A DNA stretch of 64,000 nt, taken from positions 13,823-77,822 of the forward strand of contig JBFXBG010000003.1 of NCBI GenBank assembly GCA_050183505.1. The letters are read 5' to 3'. A program made the position numbers and the translations under genes. Positions 18,450 through 27,459 of the stretch are shown here, one piece after another. The notes beneath the pieces were generated by a model. The model saw nothing but the letters and a program-made list of their open reading frames with translations, was not told the origin of the DNA and ran no database searches. Source of the DNA: Gemmatimonadales bacterium. Its GTDB lineage: Bacteria; Gemmatimonadota; Gemmatimonadetes; Gemmatimonadales; GWC2-71-9. Each line of letters starts with the position of its first letter. The first letter of the stretch is position 1.

Positions 18450-19510
18450 TGGGCCCGCGCCTGATTCATGTCGCCTCCGGGCGGGAGTGGCGCGGGGGAC
18501 AGAACCAGGTCCGGCTGCTGGCCCGGGCGCTGAGCCGGATGCCCGGGGTGAGCCAACTGGTCATTACCGGCCGCGGCAGCGAGCTGGCCCGTCGCCTGCG
18601 GGACGCCGAGGTTCCGGTGCATGAGGTCTCCTGGACCGCCGCTCTCGATCCACGCGCGCTCATCTCCGCCGTCACCGCGGCCGTACCCGGTGTCATCCTG
18701 CACGCCCACGATGCGCACGCCCTGGTGCTGGCCGGGATCGCGAGCCGGTTCAGGCGCTGCCCCCTGGTGGTGACCCGGCGAGTGGACTTCCACCTCCGCC
18801 GGCCGGGATTCTGGCGGCGGGCCGACCGGGTCGTGGCCATCTCCGAGGCGGTCCGGGCTGTGCTCCTGGCCGACGGCATCGAGCCCGGCAGAATCCGCGT
18901 GGTGCATTCCGGGATCGATCCACAGGAACCCAGGTCGGCGCCGGCCTTCGGCATCCGGGAACGGCTGGGACTGGCACCGAACCTGCCCCTGGTAGTCAAC
19001 GTGGCCGCCCTGGTGGGACACAAGGACCAGGCAACCCTGATCCGGGCGGCGCAGTACCTGGCGCCGCAAGTGCCGGAGCTGCAGTGGGTCATCGCGGGTG
19101 AAGGACCCCTGCGGCCGGCGCTGGAGCGGCAGATTGCGGCCGCCGGGCTGGGGACATGCGTCCACCTCATGGGTCAGGTATCCAACCCCTGGGGGCTTAT
19201 TCGTGAGGCCGGCGTCTTCGTGATGAGTTCGCGGGAAGAGGGACTGGGGACATCCATCCTGGACGCGATGGCGCTCGGAACCCCGGTCGTCGCGACCCGG
19301 GCCGGCGGGATTCCCGAGATGCTGGACGGTGGGGCCGGACTGCTGGTGAATCCGGAAGATCCGACAGCCTTGGCCGATGCCGTGCTCCGGATCATCGGTT
19401 CCCCGGAGACGGCGGGGGCATTGCGGGACCAGGCCACGGCGCGGCTGGAGCAGTTCACCGACCGGCGGATGGCAGAGGGGATGCTGGCGGTTTATCGTTC
19501 GGTGGGTTGA
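18449..19510 (+). CDS. glycosyltransferase family 4 (GT-B)
   Basis: GT1/GT4 C-terminal motif FVMSSREEGLGTSILDAMALGTPVVATRAGGIPEM. The ATG at 18449 overlaps the kinase stop (TGATG). Confidence 0.85.
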   Translation: MGPRLIHVASGREWRGGQNQVRLLARALSRMPGVSQLVITGRGSELARRLRDAEVPVHEVSWTAALDPRALISAVTAAVPGVILHAHDAHALVLAGIASRFRRCPLVVTRRVDFHLRRPGFWRRADRVVAISEAVRAVLLADGIEPGRIRVVHSGIDPQEPRSAPAFGIRERLGLAPNLPLVVNVAALVGHKDQATLIRAAQYLAPQVPELQWVIAGEGPLRPALERQIAAAGLGTCVHLMGQVSNPWGLIREAGVFVMSSREEGLGTSILDAMALGTPVVATRAGGIPEMLDGGAGLLVNPEDPTALADAVLRIIGSPETAGALRDQATARLEQFTDRRMAEGMLAVYRSVG

Positions 19511-19583
19511 ATCGCGCAGCGTACGTCGTGCCGGATCCGCCGGACATCATCGGGCGTCGAGACGCCCGGAGGCTTTGCTCGCC

Positions 19584-20369
19584 ATGATCTATATCTGTAT
19601 TCCGAGCTTTGACGAGGCCCCGACGATCGGGCTTCTGCTCTGGAAAATCCGGCAGACCTTTCTCGAGTTCCCCCGGGAGTATCAGCTCCTGGTGGCGAAC
19701 GACGGGTCGACCGATCAAACCGGCGAAGTGCTGGAGCCTTACCAGAAGGTCCTGCCCCTGACGGTGGTGACCCACGAGTCGCGTCAGGGATATGCCGCCA
19801 CCATCGAAGCGCTGCTGCGGATCGCCGTCGAGCGGACGGACCGGCCCAAACGGGATTGTGCCGTGATCATGCACGCGGATTTCACGCACGACCCCGACTA
19901 TCTCCCGGAACTGGTCAAACGGATCGAAGGCGGGGCGGATCTCGTCGTGGCGCAGGCCCGGATGGAAGGCGAACCGTCGCGGGCGTTGCGCTGGGTCCGC
20001 CGGCTGGCTCCCTGGCTGCTGCGGGGCAGCGCGCGGATCCCCGGCGTGCGTGATGTTACCTCGGGGTTCGCGGCCATGCGGCTCATCACCCTCCGGAATG
20101 CCTTCCGCGGCCACCCCGGCCCGCTGCTCAGCTGCGGTGGGTGGGCGGCCAACGCGGAACTCTACTCCCGGGCGGCCCTGACGGCCCGGCGGGTCGATAC
20201 CATCGATGTGATCGAGCGCCGGGATCGGCGGGAACGGCCCACCCGGCATCAACCCTGGCCCACGGCCCGGGCGCTCTGGCAGGCGGGAACCACGCTGCGC
20301 ACAAGCCTCCGCCGGCCCCAGGCGCCTCCGGAGGCCTCCCGGCCTGAACCGGCGGAGGCGGCGCGATGA
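19584..20369 (+). CDS. glycosyltransferase family 2
   Basis: MIYICIPSFDEAPTIG...LLVANDGSTDQT...IMHADFTHDP (GT-A DxD-type). Confidence 0.8.
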   Translation: MIYICIPSFDEAPTIGLLLWKIRQTFLEFPREYQLLVANDGSTDQTGEVLEPYQKVLPLTVVTHESRQGYAATIEALLRIAVERTDRPKRDCAVIMHADFTHDPDYLPELVKRIEGGADLVVAQARMEGEPSRALRWVRRLAPWLLRGSARIPGVRDVTSGFAAMRLITLRNAFRGHPGPLLSCGGWAANAELYSRAALTARRVDTIDVIERRDRRERPTRHQPWPTARALWQAGTTLRTSLRRPQAPPEASRPEPAEAAR

Positions 20370-21145
20370 ACCTCACCGCTCTGGGCCTCCTGCTGCTCCA
20401 GGCGCCGAGCGCCGGGGCGGCGCCGCCGGACTCGGTGGCGCGCCCGGCGGTGCAGCACCCGTTCGCCGTGGGTGAGACCTTCGAATACGACGGCAAGCTG
20501 GGCATTCTGAAACTGGGCAATGCCTCGATCTCGGTCGCCCGGATCGACACGGTGCAGGGGCGGCCGGCGTATGTCTTCCGCTTCCAGCTCACCGCCAACA
20601 CGATCGTCTTCGACATGGACGACGTGATGTACTCCTGGACCGGCATGGAGGATCTCGTGTCCTACCGCTTCAGCCAGGATTTCAACGAAGACGGAAAGAT
20701 CCGGGAGCGCACTTACGAGATCTTCCCCGACTCGGGCGTCTACCGGGAAACCGAGCGGGGGGAGCGCGGGCCGACCGTGACCGCCCCGCTGGACGACGCG
20801 GCGTTCTTCTATTTCATCCGGGTGACGCCGCTGGAAGTCGGGAAGACCTACACCTACAACCGCTATTTCAAGCGGGACAAGAACCCGGTCACCATCCGGG
20901 TGGAGAAGCGCGAGAGCTGCGAGCTGCCGGACGGAGTCAAGACCACCTGCCTGCTGTTGCGGCCGCTGCTGGAGGCGGAGCGGAACGGCATGTTCTCCAA
21001 GCGGGCCGATGCCCGCATCTGGCTCACCGACGACGAGCGGCGCATCCCGGTCCAGATCCGCTCCCGGCTTGCGTTCGGAACGGTCACCCTCAAGATCCGG
21101 TCGATCCAGCTGGGAGACGCGGGCGCTCCGGCGCCGGCGAACTGA
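20366..21145 (+). CDS. DUF3108 domain protein
   Basis: FAVGETFEYDGKLGILKLGNASISV...YVFRFQ resembles DUF3108. The start overlaps the GT2 stop (ATGA). Confidence 0.7.
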   Translation: MNLTALGLLLLQAPSAGAAPPDSVARPAVQHPFAVGETFEYDGKLGILKLGNASISVARIDTVQGRPAYVFRFQLTANTIVFDMDDVMYSWTGMEDLVSYRFSQDFNEDGKIRERTYEIFPDSGVYRETERGERGPTVTAPLDDAAFFYFIRVTPLEVGKTYTYNRYFKRDKNPVTIRVEKRESCELPDGVKTTCLLLRPLLEAERNGMFSKRADARIWLTDDERRIPVQIRSRLAFGTVTLKIRSIQLGDAGAPAPAN

Positions 21146-22101
21146 TGCCCTACCGCGAAGCGGATCTCTCCAGGCTCCGGACGGTTCCGATCGACAGTCG
21201 GGGCAACAAGGTCGAGCCCCGCCTGCTGGCCCGGACCCCGGGCGAGGACCGGTCGTTCCAGGAATTCCTGAATTCCCTTCCCGACATCCTGGCGGCGCGG
21301 GATCTCCACCTGGTGATCGATCACGTCGCCAAGGCGGCCGGCCGGCGTGGCGTGGTCCTGCTCCTCGGCGGGCACGTGGTCAAGGTTGGTCTGGGCCCGC
21401 TCGTCCGGGAGTGGCTCCGGGCCGGAGTCGTCACTCATGTCGCCATGAACGGGGCCGCCGCCATTCACGACTTCGAGCTCGCGGCATACGGGGGGACCAG
21501 CGAGGACGTCGAGGCCGGCCTGGAGGACGGCAGCTTCGGGATGGCGGAAGAGACCGGCGCGGACATGAACGCGGCCATCCGCCGGGCGGCGGCAGCCGAC
21601 CAGGGCATGGGAGAAGGACTGGCCCGCTACCTCGCCGCCCGGGCCGGCAACGCGGATCCCGGCGTCAGCATTCTCCTGGCCTGCCAGGAGCGGGATGTCC
21701 CGGTGACGGTCCACGCCGCCATCGGCGCCGAGATCATTCACCAGCACCCCGCGGCAGACGGCGCCAGCCTGGGCGCCACCAGCCATCGCGATTTCCGGCG
21801 GCTCGCGGGCAGTCTCCCCGACCTGCACGAGGGCGGAGCGGTGCTGAACTGGGGCAGCGCCGTCCTGATGCCCGAGGTTTTCCTCAAGGCGCTCACCATC
21901 TCCCGCAATCTCGAACAGGGGCGGCCGACCCACTTTCTGGCCGCGGACTTCGACATGCAGCGGCACTACCGGCCGCGGGTGAACGTGGTGCAACGCCCGA
22001 CCCGGAACGGAGGCGTCGGCATTCAGATCACCGGCCATCATGAACTGATGATCCCGCTGCTGGTATGGGGAGTGCTGGAGAGAATGCGAAGCGAGACGTG
22101 A
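21145..22101 (+). CDS. conserved hypothetical protein (Rossmann-like; function unknown)
   Basis: 318-aa ORF translationally coupled to DUF3108 (TGATG). GGHVVKVGLGP...THVAMNGAAAIHDFE pattern. Family not confidently recognised. Confidence 0.65.
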   Translation: MPYREADLSRLRTVPIDSRGNKVEPRLLARTPGEDRSFQEFLNSLPDILAARDLHLVIDHVAKAAGRRGVVLLLGGHVVKVGLGPLVREWLRAGVVTHVAMNGAAAIHDFELAAYGGTSEDVEAGLEDGSFGMAEETGADMNAAIRRAAAADQGMGEGLARYLAARAGNADPGVSILLACQERDVPVTVHAAIGAEIIHQHPAADGASLGATSHRDFRRLAGSLPDLHEGGAVLNWGSAVLMPEVFLKALTISRNLEQGRPTHFLAADFDMQRHYRPRVNVVQRPTRNGGVGIQITGHHELMIPLLVWGVLERMRSET

Positions 22102-22244
22102 GACGTCGAAGGAACGGAGACGGACAGGCTTGCGGCGCTCCCACGGGCCGCACCATACTCTGGATCGCTCCCGGCAGCGCGGTTCGCGGGTGCCGCCTCG
22201 ACGCGCTTCACCACTCGCGCCTCACCTCCTGCCGGCCGCCTTCC
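22091..22244. repeat. inverted heptamer arrays (GCGAGAC GTGAGAC GTCGAAG GAACGGA GACGGAC) ... (GCTTCAC CACTCGC GCCTCAC CTCCTGC ...)
   Basis: Read directly. The stop of gene 21145..22101 lies in unit 2. The ATG at 22245 abuts the right arm. Confidence 0.7.
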
Positions 22245-22688
22245 ATGCACCCCCGCCCCCGTCTCCTCCTGGCGCTCCTGGCGGTTGTGGCCTGCGGCGG
22301 TGGCCGCACCGCCCCCGGGGTAGTCACGACCAATGTCTCGGTGAGTGACGATGAAGCCGCGGTGACGGCCGTCATCGGGGAGGCACTCCAGGCGGAAGCC
22401 CAGGGCAGACGGTCCGACTCGCTCTACGCCGCCTCGGCGGTGGTGGTGGTAAACGGGCGCAATCAGTTCACGTCGCCCCGGTTCGCCGGCATCGCGCCGG
22501 GCGGTACCGTGGCCGTGACGTCCAGCCAGCTGCAGATCCGGTCCGGGCTCGCCTGGGGCCTGGTGAACTACCGATGGGCTTCCGCCGACAACTCTCTGGT
22601 GCGGGAGGGCCGGGCGACCCTGGTGCTGGCGGTCCAGCGCGGGGGCGTCTGGCGGATCATCCACGCGCACAGCTCGTCGCCCAGATAG
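22245..22688 (+). CDS. SnoaL/DUF4440-like (NTF2-fold) lipoprotein
   Basis: ATG at 22245. Lipobox LLAVVACGG. C-terminus ...GGVWRIIHAHSS is typical of NTF2-like proteins. Confidence 0.6.
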   Translation: MHPRPRLLLALLAVVACGGGRTAPGVVTTNVSVSDDEAAVTAVIGEALQAEAQGRRSDSLYAASAVVVVNGRNQFTSPRFAGIAPGGTVAVTSSQLQIRSGLAWGLVNYRWASADNSLVREGRATLVLAVQRGGVWRIIHAHSSSPR

Positions 22689-22699
22689 ACCGGACACGA

Positions 22700-22722
22700 C
22701 GGCGGGCCAACGACGCCCGCCG
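22700..22722. terminator. GC hairpin between convergent genes
   Basis: cggcgggc caacgac gcccgccg (8-bp stem, 7-nt loop). Confidence 0.5.
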
Positions 22723-22747
22723 CCGGCCCGCCTGCCGGTCCCTCCGC

Positions 22748-22960
22748 CTACTCGGACTTGCCCGTAACCGTTTCCTTCACCTTCGACGCCGTGCTCGGGC
22801 TGAACATCTTGATCACCAGGTAGATTCCAAAGCCGATCACGGCCCAGATCAGAATCTTCACCGCCAGCCCGACGATGATGCCGAAGAAGGAGAAGATCAG
22901 GTTCAAGCCGAAGAAGGCGAGAACCGCGAGGATGGCGAAACCGAGAATGCTGCGAAGCAT
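22748..22960 (-). CDS. small membrane protein (70 aa)
   Basis: Two clear TM helices (ILGFAILAVLAFFGLNLIFSFFGIIVGLAVKILIWAVIGFGIYLVI). GGAGGAAAA precedes the ATG. Confidence 0.6.
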   Translation of the reverse strand: MLRSILGFAILAVLAFFGLNLIFSFFGIIVGLAVKILIWAVIGFGIYLVIKMFSPSTASKVKETVTGKSE

Positions 22961-23033
22961 GCTATTTTCCTCCGAAGTAGGCGGCTGGGGACTCTACGCC
23001 CGGATGTTTCAAAAAGTTTCATAGGCATCTCAA

Positions 23034-24137
23034 TTGACTGCCAGTCAAGAAGTTATCATCGTCGGCGGCGGCGCGATAGGTGCCGCCTGCGCCCGGGAGC
23101 TGGCCCTGCGCGGCTGGAAGGTGACCCTGCTCGATGATGCCGGCGTCCCCGGTATCGCCTGGCGGGCGGCGGCCGGCATGCTGGCGCCCCAGATCGAAGC
23201 CGCCGCGGAGGATCCCGGCTTCGAACTGGCCCTCGCCGGACGGGAGCGGTACCGGGAGATCGTCGGCCCCCTCGAGGAGGCGACCGGCATCAGCCTCGGC
23301 TTCTGGCAGGAGGGGATCGCCCGGCTGGCCATGGACGAGGAGGACGTGGCCGAATTGAAGCAGCGGGTCGCCTGGCAGCGGCAGCAGGGACACGTGTGCG
23401 ACTGGTTCGACGAGGAAGAAGCCCGCAACCGGTGGCCCTGGGCCGGGAAGAACTTCGGCGTACTCTGGGCGCCCCATGAGGCGGCGCTGGAACCGGTTCA
23501 ACTGGTGGAGGCCCTGCTGGAGGACGCCCGCCGCCACGGGGCCCGGGTGGTCAACGACAAGGTCTACGCCCTGCAACGCCGGGGCGACCGGGTCACCGGG
23601 GTGGTGGGCGGGGAACGCTACGAGGCGGATCACACGATCATCGCGGCGGGAGCGTGGTCCCCGGCCATCGGCGGACTGCCGCGGCCGCTGCCGGTAGTAC
23701 CGATCCGGGGCCAGATGGCGGCGCTCCCCTGGCCGGAAGGCGTCGACCGCGGCATCGTCTACGGTAAACACAGCTACATCGTCGCGCGCGGCACCGAAGC
23801 GATCGCCGGATCCACCATGGAGCACGCCGGATACAGCGCCGACGTCACTCCGGCCGGGCTGGCCCACATCTTCACTTCGGTTTCGGCGGTCTGCCCCGCG
23901 CTGGCGAAACTGGATGTGATCCGCACCTGGGCCGGGCTGCGTCCGGTGACGCCGGACGGTCTGCCCATCATCGGACGGGAGCCCTCCACCGAAGGTCTCT
24001 GGTACGCGACCGGACACGGCCGCAACGGGATCCTCCTGGCGGCAATCACCGGATTCATCCTGAGCCAGCTGCTGGCCGGTGAACAACCGGACGAGGATCT
24101 GACACCCTTCCGTCCCGAGCGCTTCTTCGACTGGTGA
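23034..24137 (+). CDS. thiO: glycine oxidase / FAD-dependent oxidoreductase
   Basis: VIIVGGGAIGAACARELA dinucleotide-binding motif and DAO-family C-terminus GHGRNGILLAAITG. TTG start. Confidence 0.8.
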   Translation: MTASQEVIIVGGGAIGAACARELALRGWKVTLLDDAGVPGIAWRAAAGMLAPQIEAAAEDPGFELALAGRERYREIVGPLEEATGISLGFWQEGIARLAMDEEDVAELKQRVAWQRQQGHVCDWFDEEEARNRWPWAGKNFGVLWAPHEAALEPVQLVEALLEDARRHGARVVNDKVYALQRRGDRVTGVVGGERYEADHTIIAAGAWSPAIGGLPRPLPVVPIRGQMAALPWPEGVDRGIVYGKHSYIVARGTEAIAGSTMEHAGYSADVTPAGLAHIFTSVSAVCPALAKLDVIRTWAGLRPVTPDGLPIIGREPSTEGLWYATGHGRNGILLAAITGFILSQLLAGEQPDEDLTPFRPERFFDW

Positions 24138-24511
24138 GGAGCCCGCCCCCGAAGCCGCGGCGCCGTGGTACGGCCCGGGGGGACTCGACCTACCAGCGGA
24201 TCTACGCGGTGGTCCGCCGGATCCCCCGGGGCCGGGTGTCCACCTACGGCCGCGTGGCGGAGGCGGCCGGCCTCGCGGGCGCCGCCCGGCAGGTCGGCTA
24301 CGCTCTGAGCGCACTGCCAGCCGGCAGCCGGATCCCCTGGCACCGGGTGGTCAACGCGCTGGGCGGTATCAGCCTTCGCGCCACCCCCGGCCACGAGTTG
24401 ACGCAACGCCTGCTGCTGGAACGGGAAGGAATCCGCTTCGATGGCCGCGGCCGCATTCCGCTGCAGCGCTACGGATGGCCCGCCGCCCGCCCACGCCCCC
24501 GGAAGAAATGA
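24134..24511 (+). CDS. alkyltransferase-like (ATL) MGMT-family DNA-binding protein
   Basis: YQRIYAVVRRIPRGRVSTYGRVA...IPWHRVV: the MGMT fold with Trp in place of the acceptor Cys (PWHRV instead of PCHRV). The GTG start overlaps the thiO stop (GTGA). Confidence 0.8.
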   Translation: MRSPPPKPRRRGTARGDSTYQRIYAVVRRIPRGRVSTYGRVAEAAGLAGAARQVGYALSALPAGSRIPWHRVVNALGGISLRATPGHELTQRLLLEREGIRFDGRGRIPLQRYGWPAARPRPRKK

Positions 24512-25452
24512 CCACCGCCAGCACCCGCACCGCCGCTTTCCTCCTCCTTGCCGCCGGCGCGGCCTGCCGCCCGGCGGAGCCGCCCCGCTCTGCCGCCGCC
24601 GTGGATTCCGCCCGGGTTGAGGCCGTCCGGTTCGCCGATTCGAGCGTCGCCCGGCTGGCCCGGGGGGATTACGACGGCTGGACTCGCACCATGGCACGGG
24701 AGGTCCTCGTCTTTCCGGCGAATCCCGCCGATGCCCTGCTGGGCCCGGCCATGGTGAGGGCCCGGCTGGAGCAAAGCACCCGGGCCGCCGCCCAGGCCGG
24801 CGTGGAGCTGGGCATCGATCCCGGCACGACGACGGTAGGCCTGGACCCGGCCCTCGCTTCCGCCTGGACGACTACCCGCCTCGACTACCGGCTCACCGTG
24901 GCGGGAGACACGATCCGGTTCCCGGTGCGGATGACGACGCTGCTGGCCCGGGGGGACTCGGGCTGGCGGCTGCAGGCCGCGCAGTTCTCCCGCCCGGTGG
25001 CTCCCGACGCGCTCGCCCAGGCCGCGCGGACGAAGGCGGCCGGTGCGCCGGCGCAGCTGTCCGGTGCCGTCTCGCCCGGTGCCGATGCCCTGGTCCAGCG
25101 ATTTCGCGCGGATCTCAATGAACCGGAGAAGGCCGTGGTCGATACGGCCGCCGACGGGATCGGTCCCGGCGCGGACGACACCGCCCGGGGCCCCGCAGCG
25201 GTCCGCGCCCTCATCCGGGAGTGGAATCGGCGTCAGCGCGGCATCCGGGTCCGCCCGGATCGAATCCGGGCAATCCTCGCCCCGGGCGGAGCGTCCGGCT
25301 GGGTCGCGGCCACGTTCGAAGGCGACCTCATCGCCGGTGAGAGCTCGGTCACGGTGCCGTACCGGGCGCTCTTCGGCTACCGGCGGGACGGCAAGAGCTG
25401 GATCCTCACGCAGGCACACATCGGGGCGGCGGTCATGCCCCCGGGGAGATGA
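24508..25452 (+). CDS. tandem NTF2-like (DUF4440-like) domain protein, secreted
   Basis: ATG at 24508 (ATGA overlap). Signal-like TAAFLLLAAGAAC. Two repeats ending in ...GWRLQAAQFS and ...KSWILTQAHIG. Confidence 0.55.
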   Translation: MTTASTRTAAFLLLAAGAACRPAEPPRSAAAVDSARVEAVRFADSSVARLARGDYDGWTRTMAREVLVFPANPADALLGPAMVRARLEQSTRAAAQAGVELGIDPGTTTVGLDPALASAWTTTRLDYRLTVAGDTIRFPVRMTTLLARGDSGWRLQAAQFSRPVAPDALAQAARTKAAGAPAQLSGAVSPGADALVQRFRADLNEPEKAVVDTAADGIGPGADDTARGPAAVRALIREWNRRQRGIRVRPDRIRAILAPGGASGWVAATFEGDLIAGESSVTVPYRALFGYRRDGKSWILTQAHIGAAVMPPGR

Positions 25453-25458
25453 TGTCCG

Positions 25459-26454
25459 ATGCTGGCCATGGTGCATGAACCCGGAAAACCGCTGGAAGCG
25501 CGCGACGTCCCGGTCCCGCGCCCAGGGGAGGGTCAGGTCCTGATCGACGTGGCGGCCTGCGCGGTCTGCCGGACCGACCTGCATGTGATCGACGGTGACC
25601 TGCCTGATCCCAGGGTGCCGCTCATTCCCGGGCACGAGATCGTCGGCACCGTGGTCGGTTGCGGCCCCGGCGTGACACGCTGGCGGCAGGGAGACCGGGT
25701 GGGTGTCCCCTGGCTGGGCTGGACCTGCGGCGTCTGCGAGTATTGCCGGAGCGGACGGGAGAACCTCTGCGACCAGGCCCGGTTCACCGGCTATCAGATC
25801 GACGGCGGCTACGCCGAGTACACCGTGGCGGACGAGCGTTTCTGCCTGCCGCTTCCGCCGGAGATGACGGCCGAGCATCTGGCGCCGCTCCTCTGCGCGG
25901 GGCTCATCGGCTACCGGTGCCTCCGGATGGTGGAGCACGCCTCCCGGATCGGCAACTACGGCTTCGGCGCGGCCGCGCACATCGTGACCCAGGTGGCCGC
26001 CCACCGGAACCAGACGATCTATGCCTTTACCCGGCCGGGAGACACCGCCGCCCAGGCCTTCGCGCGGCAGCTCGGCGCCGGCTGGGCGGGCGCCTCGGGG
26101 GATACGCCACCGGAAATCCTGGACGCCGCGATCATCTTCGCGCCGGTGGGGGAACTGGTCCCGGTGGCCCTTCAGGCGGTGCGCAAAGGGGGCACGGTGG
26201 TCTGCGGCGGAATCCACATGACGGACATTCCCGCATTCCCCTACTCCGTCCTCTGGGGCGAACGCGTCCTGCGGTCCGTAGCCAACCTGACCCGGCGGGA
26301 CGGCGAGGAGTTCCTCGAACTGGCCCCGAAGATCCCGATCCACACGGCGGTACGGCCCTATCCTCTGACCCGGGCGGACCAGGCCCTGAGCGACCTGCGG
26401 GAAGGACGGCTCCAGGGCGCCGCGGTGCTGGATTGCCGGGCCGGCGTGGCCTGA
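25459..26454 (+). CDS. zinc-dependent alcohol dehydrogenase family protein
   Basis: CAVCRTDLH, GHEIVG and CGVCEYCRSGRENLC structural-zinc motifs. Confidence 0.9.
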   Translation: MLAMVHEPGKPLEARDVPVPRPGEGQVLIDVAACAVCRTDLHVIDGDLPDPRVPLIPGHEIVGTVVGCGPGVTRWRQGDRVGVPWLGWTCGVCEYCRSGRENLCDQARFTGYQIDGGYAEYTVADERFCLPLPPEMTAEHLAPLLCAGLIGYRCLRMVEHASRIGNYGFGAAAHIVTQVAAHRNQTIYAFTRPGDTAAQAFARQLGAGWAGASGDTPPEILDAAIIFAPVGELVPVALQAVRKGGTVVCGGIHMTDIPAFPYSVLWGERVLRSVANLTRRDGEEFLELAPKIPIHTAVRPYPLTRADQALSDLREGRLQGAAVLDCRAGVA

Positions 26455-26524
26455 GCGCCGGCGGTTGCCCGGAACGATCCGTCGTCCCTATGCTTGGAGC
26501 CGATGCCACTCTGGAGGGAAGCGC

Positions 26525-26953
26525 ATGCGACCGACAGCCCTGGCCACTCTGCTCGCCGCCGTCCTGGCGCTTCCCGGCGGGGGCGTCGTGGCTCAGGCCG
26601 ACAGCGGCAGCCGGCAGCAGGCGGAGACCGCGGCCACCGAATGGCTCCGGCTGGTGGATGCCGGCAAATATGCCGCCAGCTGGGAGGCCGCCGCGTCCGC
26701 CTTCCGGAGCGCGGTCACGCCGGCCGACTGGGAACGTTCGGTGACCCGCGCCCGCGCCGGGTTCGTGCCGATCTCCTCCCGTACGCTCCTCTCGGCGACC
26801 TACGCCGAGCGCCTCCCGGGGGCGCCGGCGGGCCAGTACTACGTCCTGCGGTTCCGGGTCCACGGCACCGAGGACGGAATCGAGACGGTGGTCCCCATGA
26901 AGGACGCAGGTACCTGGAAGGTCTCGGGGTACTTCATCCGCCCGGCCGACTGA
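26525..26953 (+). CDS. DUF4019 domain protein (secreted)
   Basis: ATG at 26525. Signal peptide MRPTALATLLAAVLALPGGGVVAQA. WLRLVDAGKYAASWEAAASAFR is typical of DUF4019. Confidence 0.7.
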   Translation: MRPTALATLLAAVLALPGGGVVAQADSGSRQQAETAATEWLRLVDAGKYAASWEAAASAFRSAVTPADWERSVTRARAGFVPISSRTLLSATYAERLPGAPAGQYYVLRFRVHGTEDGIETVVPMKDAGTWKVSGYFIRPAD

Positions 26954-26963
26954 AGGCAATGCC

Positions 26964-27374
26964 GTGAAGATCGAGTTTCCGTCCGCCAACAGGGGTCAGT
27001 TCAAGCCCGTCCGGGTGAAACCGCTCATCCCGGAACTGATCGAACGCCGCCTGCCGGTGGCCCGCTGGCTGCCGCTGGCGCTGCCGATCGTGTTTCAGCT
27101 GCTGCACGCGCTGACGTCGCTCACGATTGCGCCGCTCGGGTTTGCGCTGACCGGCATCGCGCTGGTCTACTCGGCCCGGATCTTCTCTCTCAACGGCCGG
27201 GGGCTGGGAATTCTCATTCCCCTGCAGCTGCTCAGCAGTCTCACCGCCGCGGTTCTGTTTTCGGCCAACTTCCTCCACCCGCAGGAGTGGCTCCGGCTGA
27301 GCGGAGAGACCGCGCTCATGACCGCCGGCGTCAGCTGGGTGTTCAACGTCGTGGGAAGCTATCTGCCGAGGTGA
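26964..27374 (+). CDS. hypothetical membrane protein
   Basis: 136-aa ORF with 3-4 hydrophobic helices. GTG start. Confidence 0.5.
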   Translation: MKIEFPSANRGQFKPVRVKPLIPELIERRLPVARWLPLALPIVFQLLHALTSLTIAPLGFALTGIALVYSARIFSLNGRGLGILIPLQLLSSLTAAVLFSANFLHPQEWLRLSGETALMTAGVSWVFNVVGSYLPR

Positions 27375-27459
27375 CCAGCCAACCGGCGGGAACCAGGGCC
27401 CACCCTGCGGGGTTCACCTGGTAGCCCGGCCTGCCTTTTCCATTTCGATCCCGTTGCCG

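Noticed and set aside
22961-23033. Possible TPP riboswitch upstream of thiO
   Set aside because: The gap is only about 73 nt. It lacks the conserved CUGAGA / ACCUGAUCUGGAUAAUGCCAGCG-type elements. It looks like a plain promoter/RBS region shared with the divergent small membrane protein gene.
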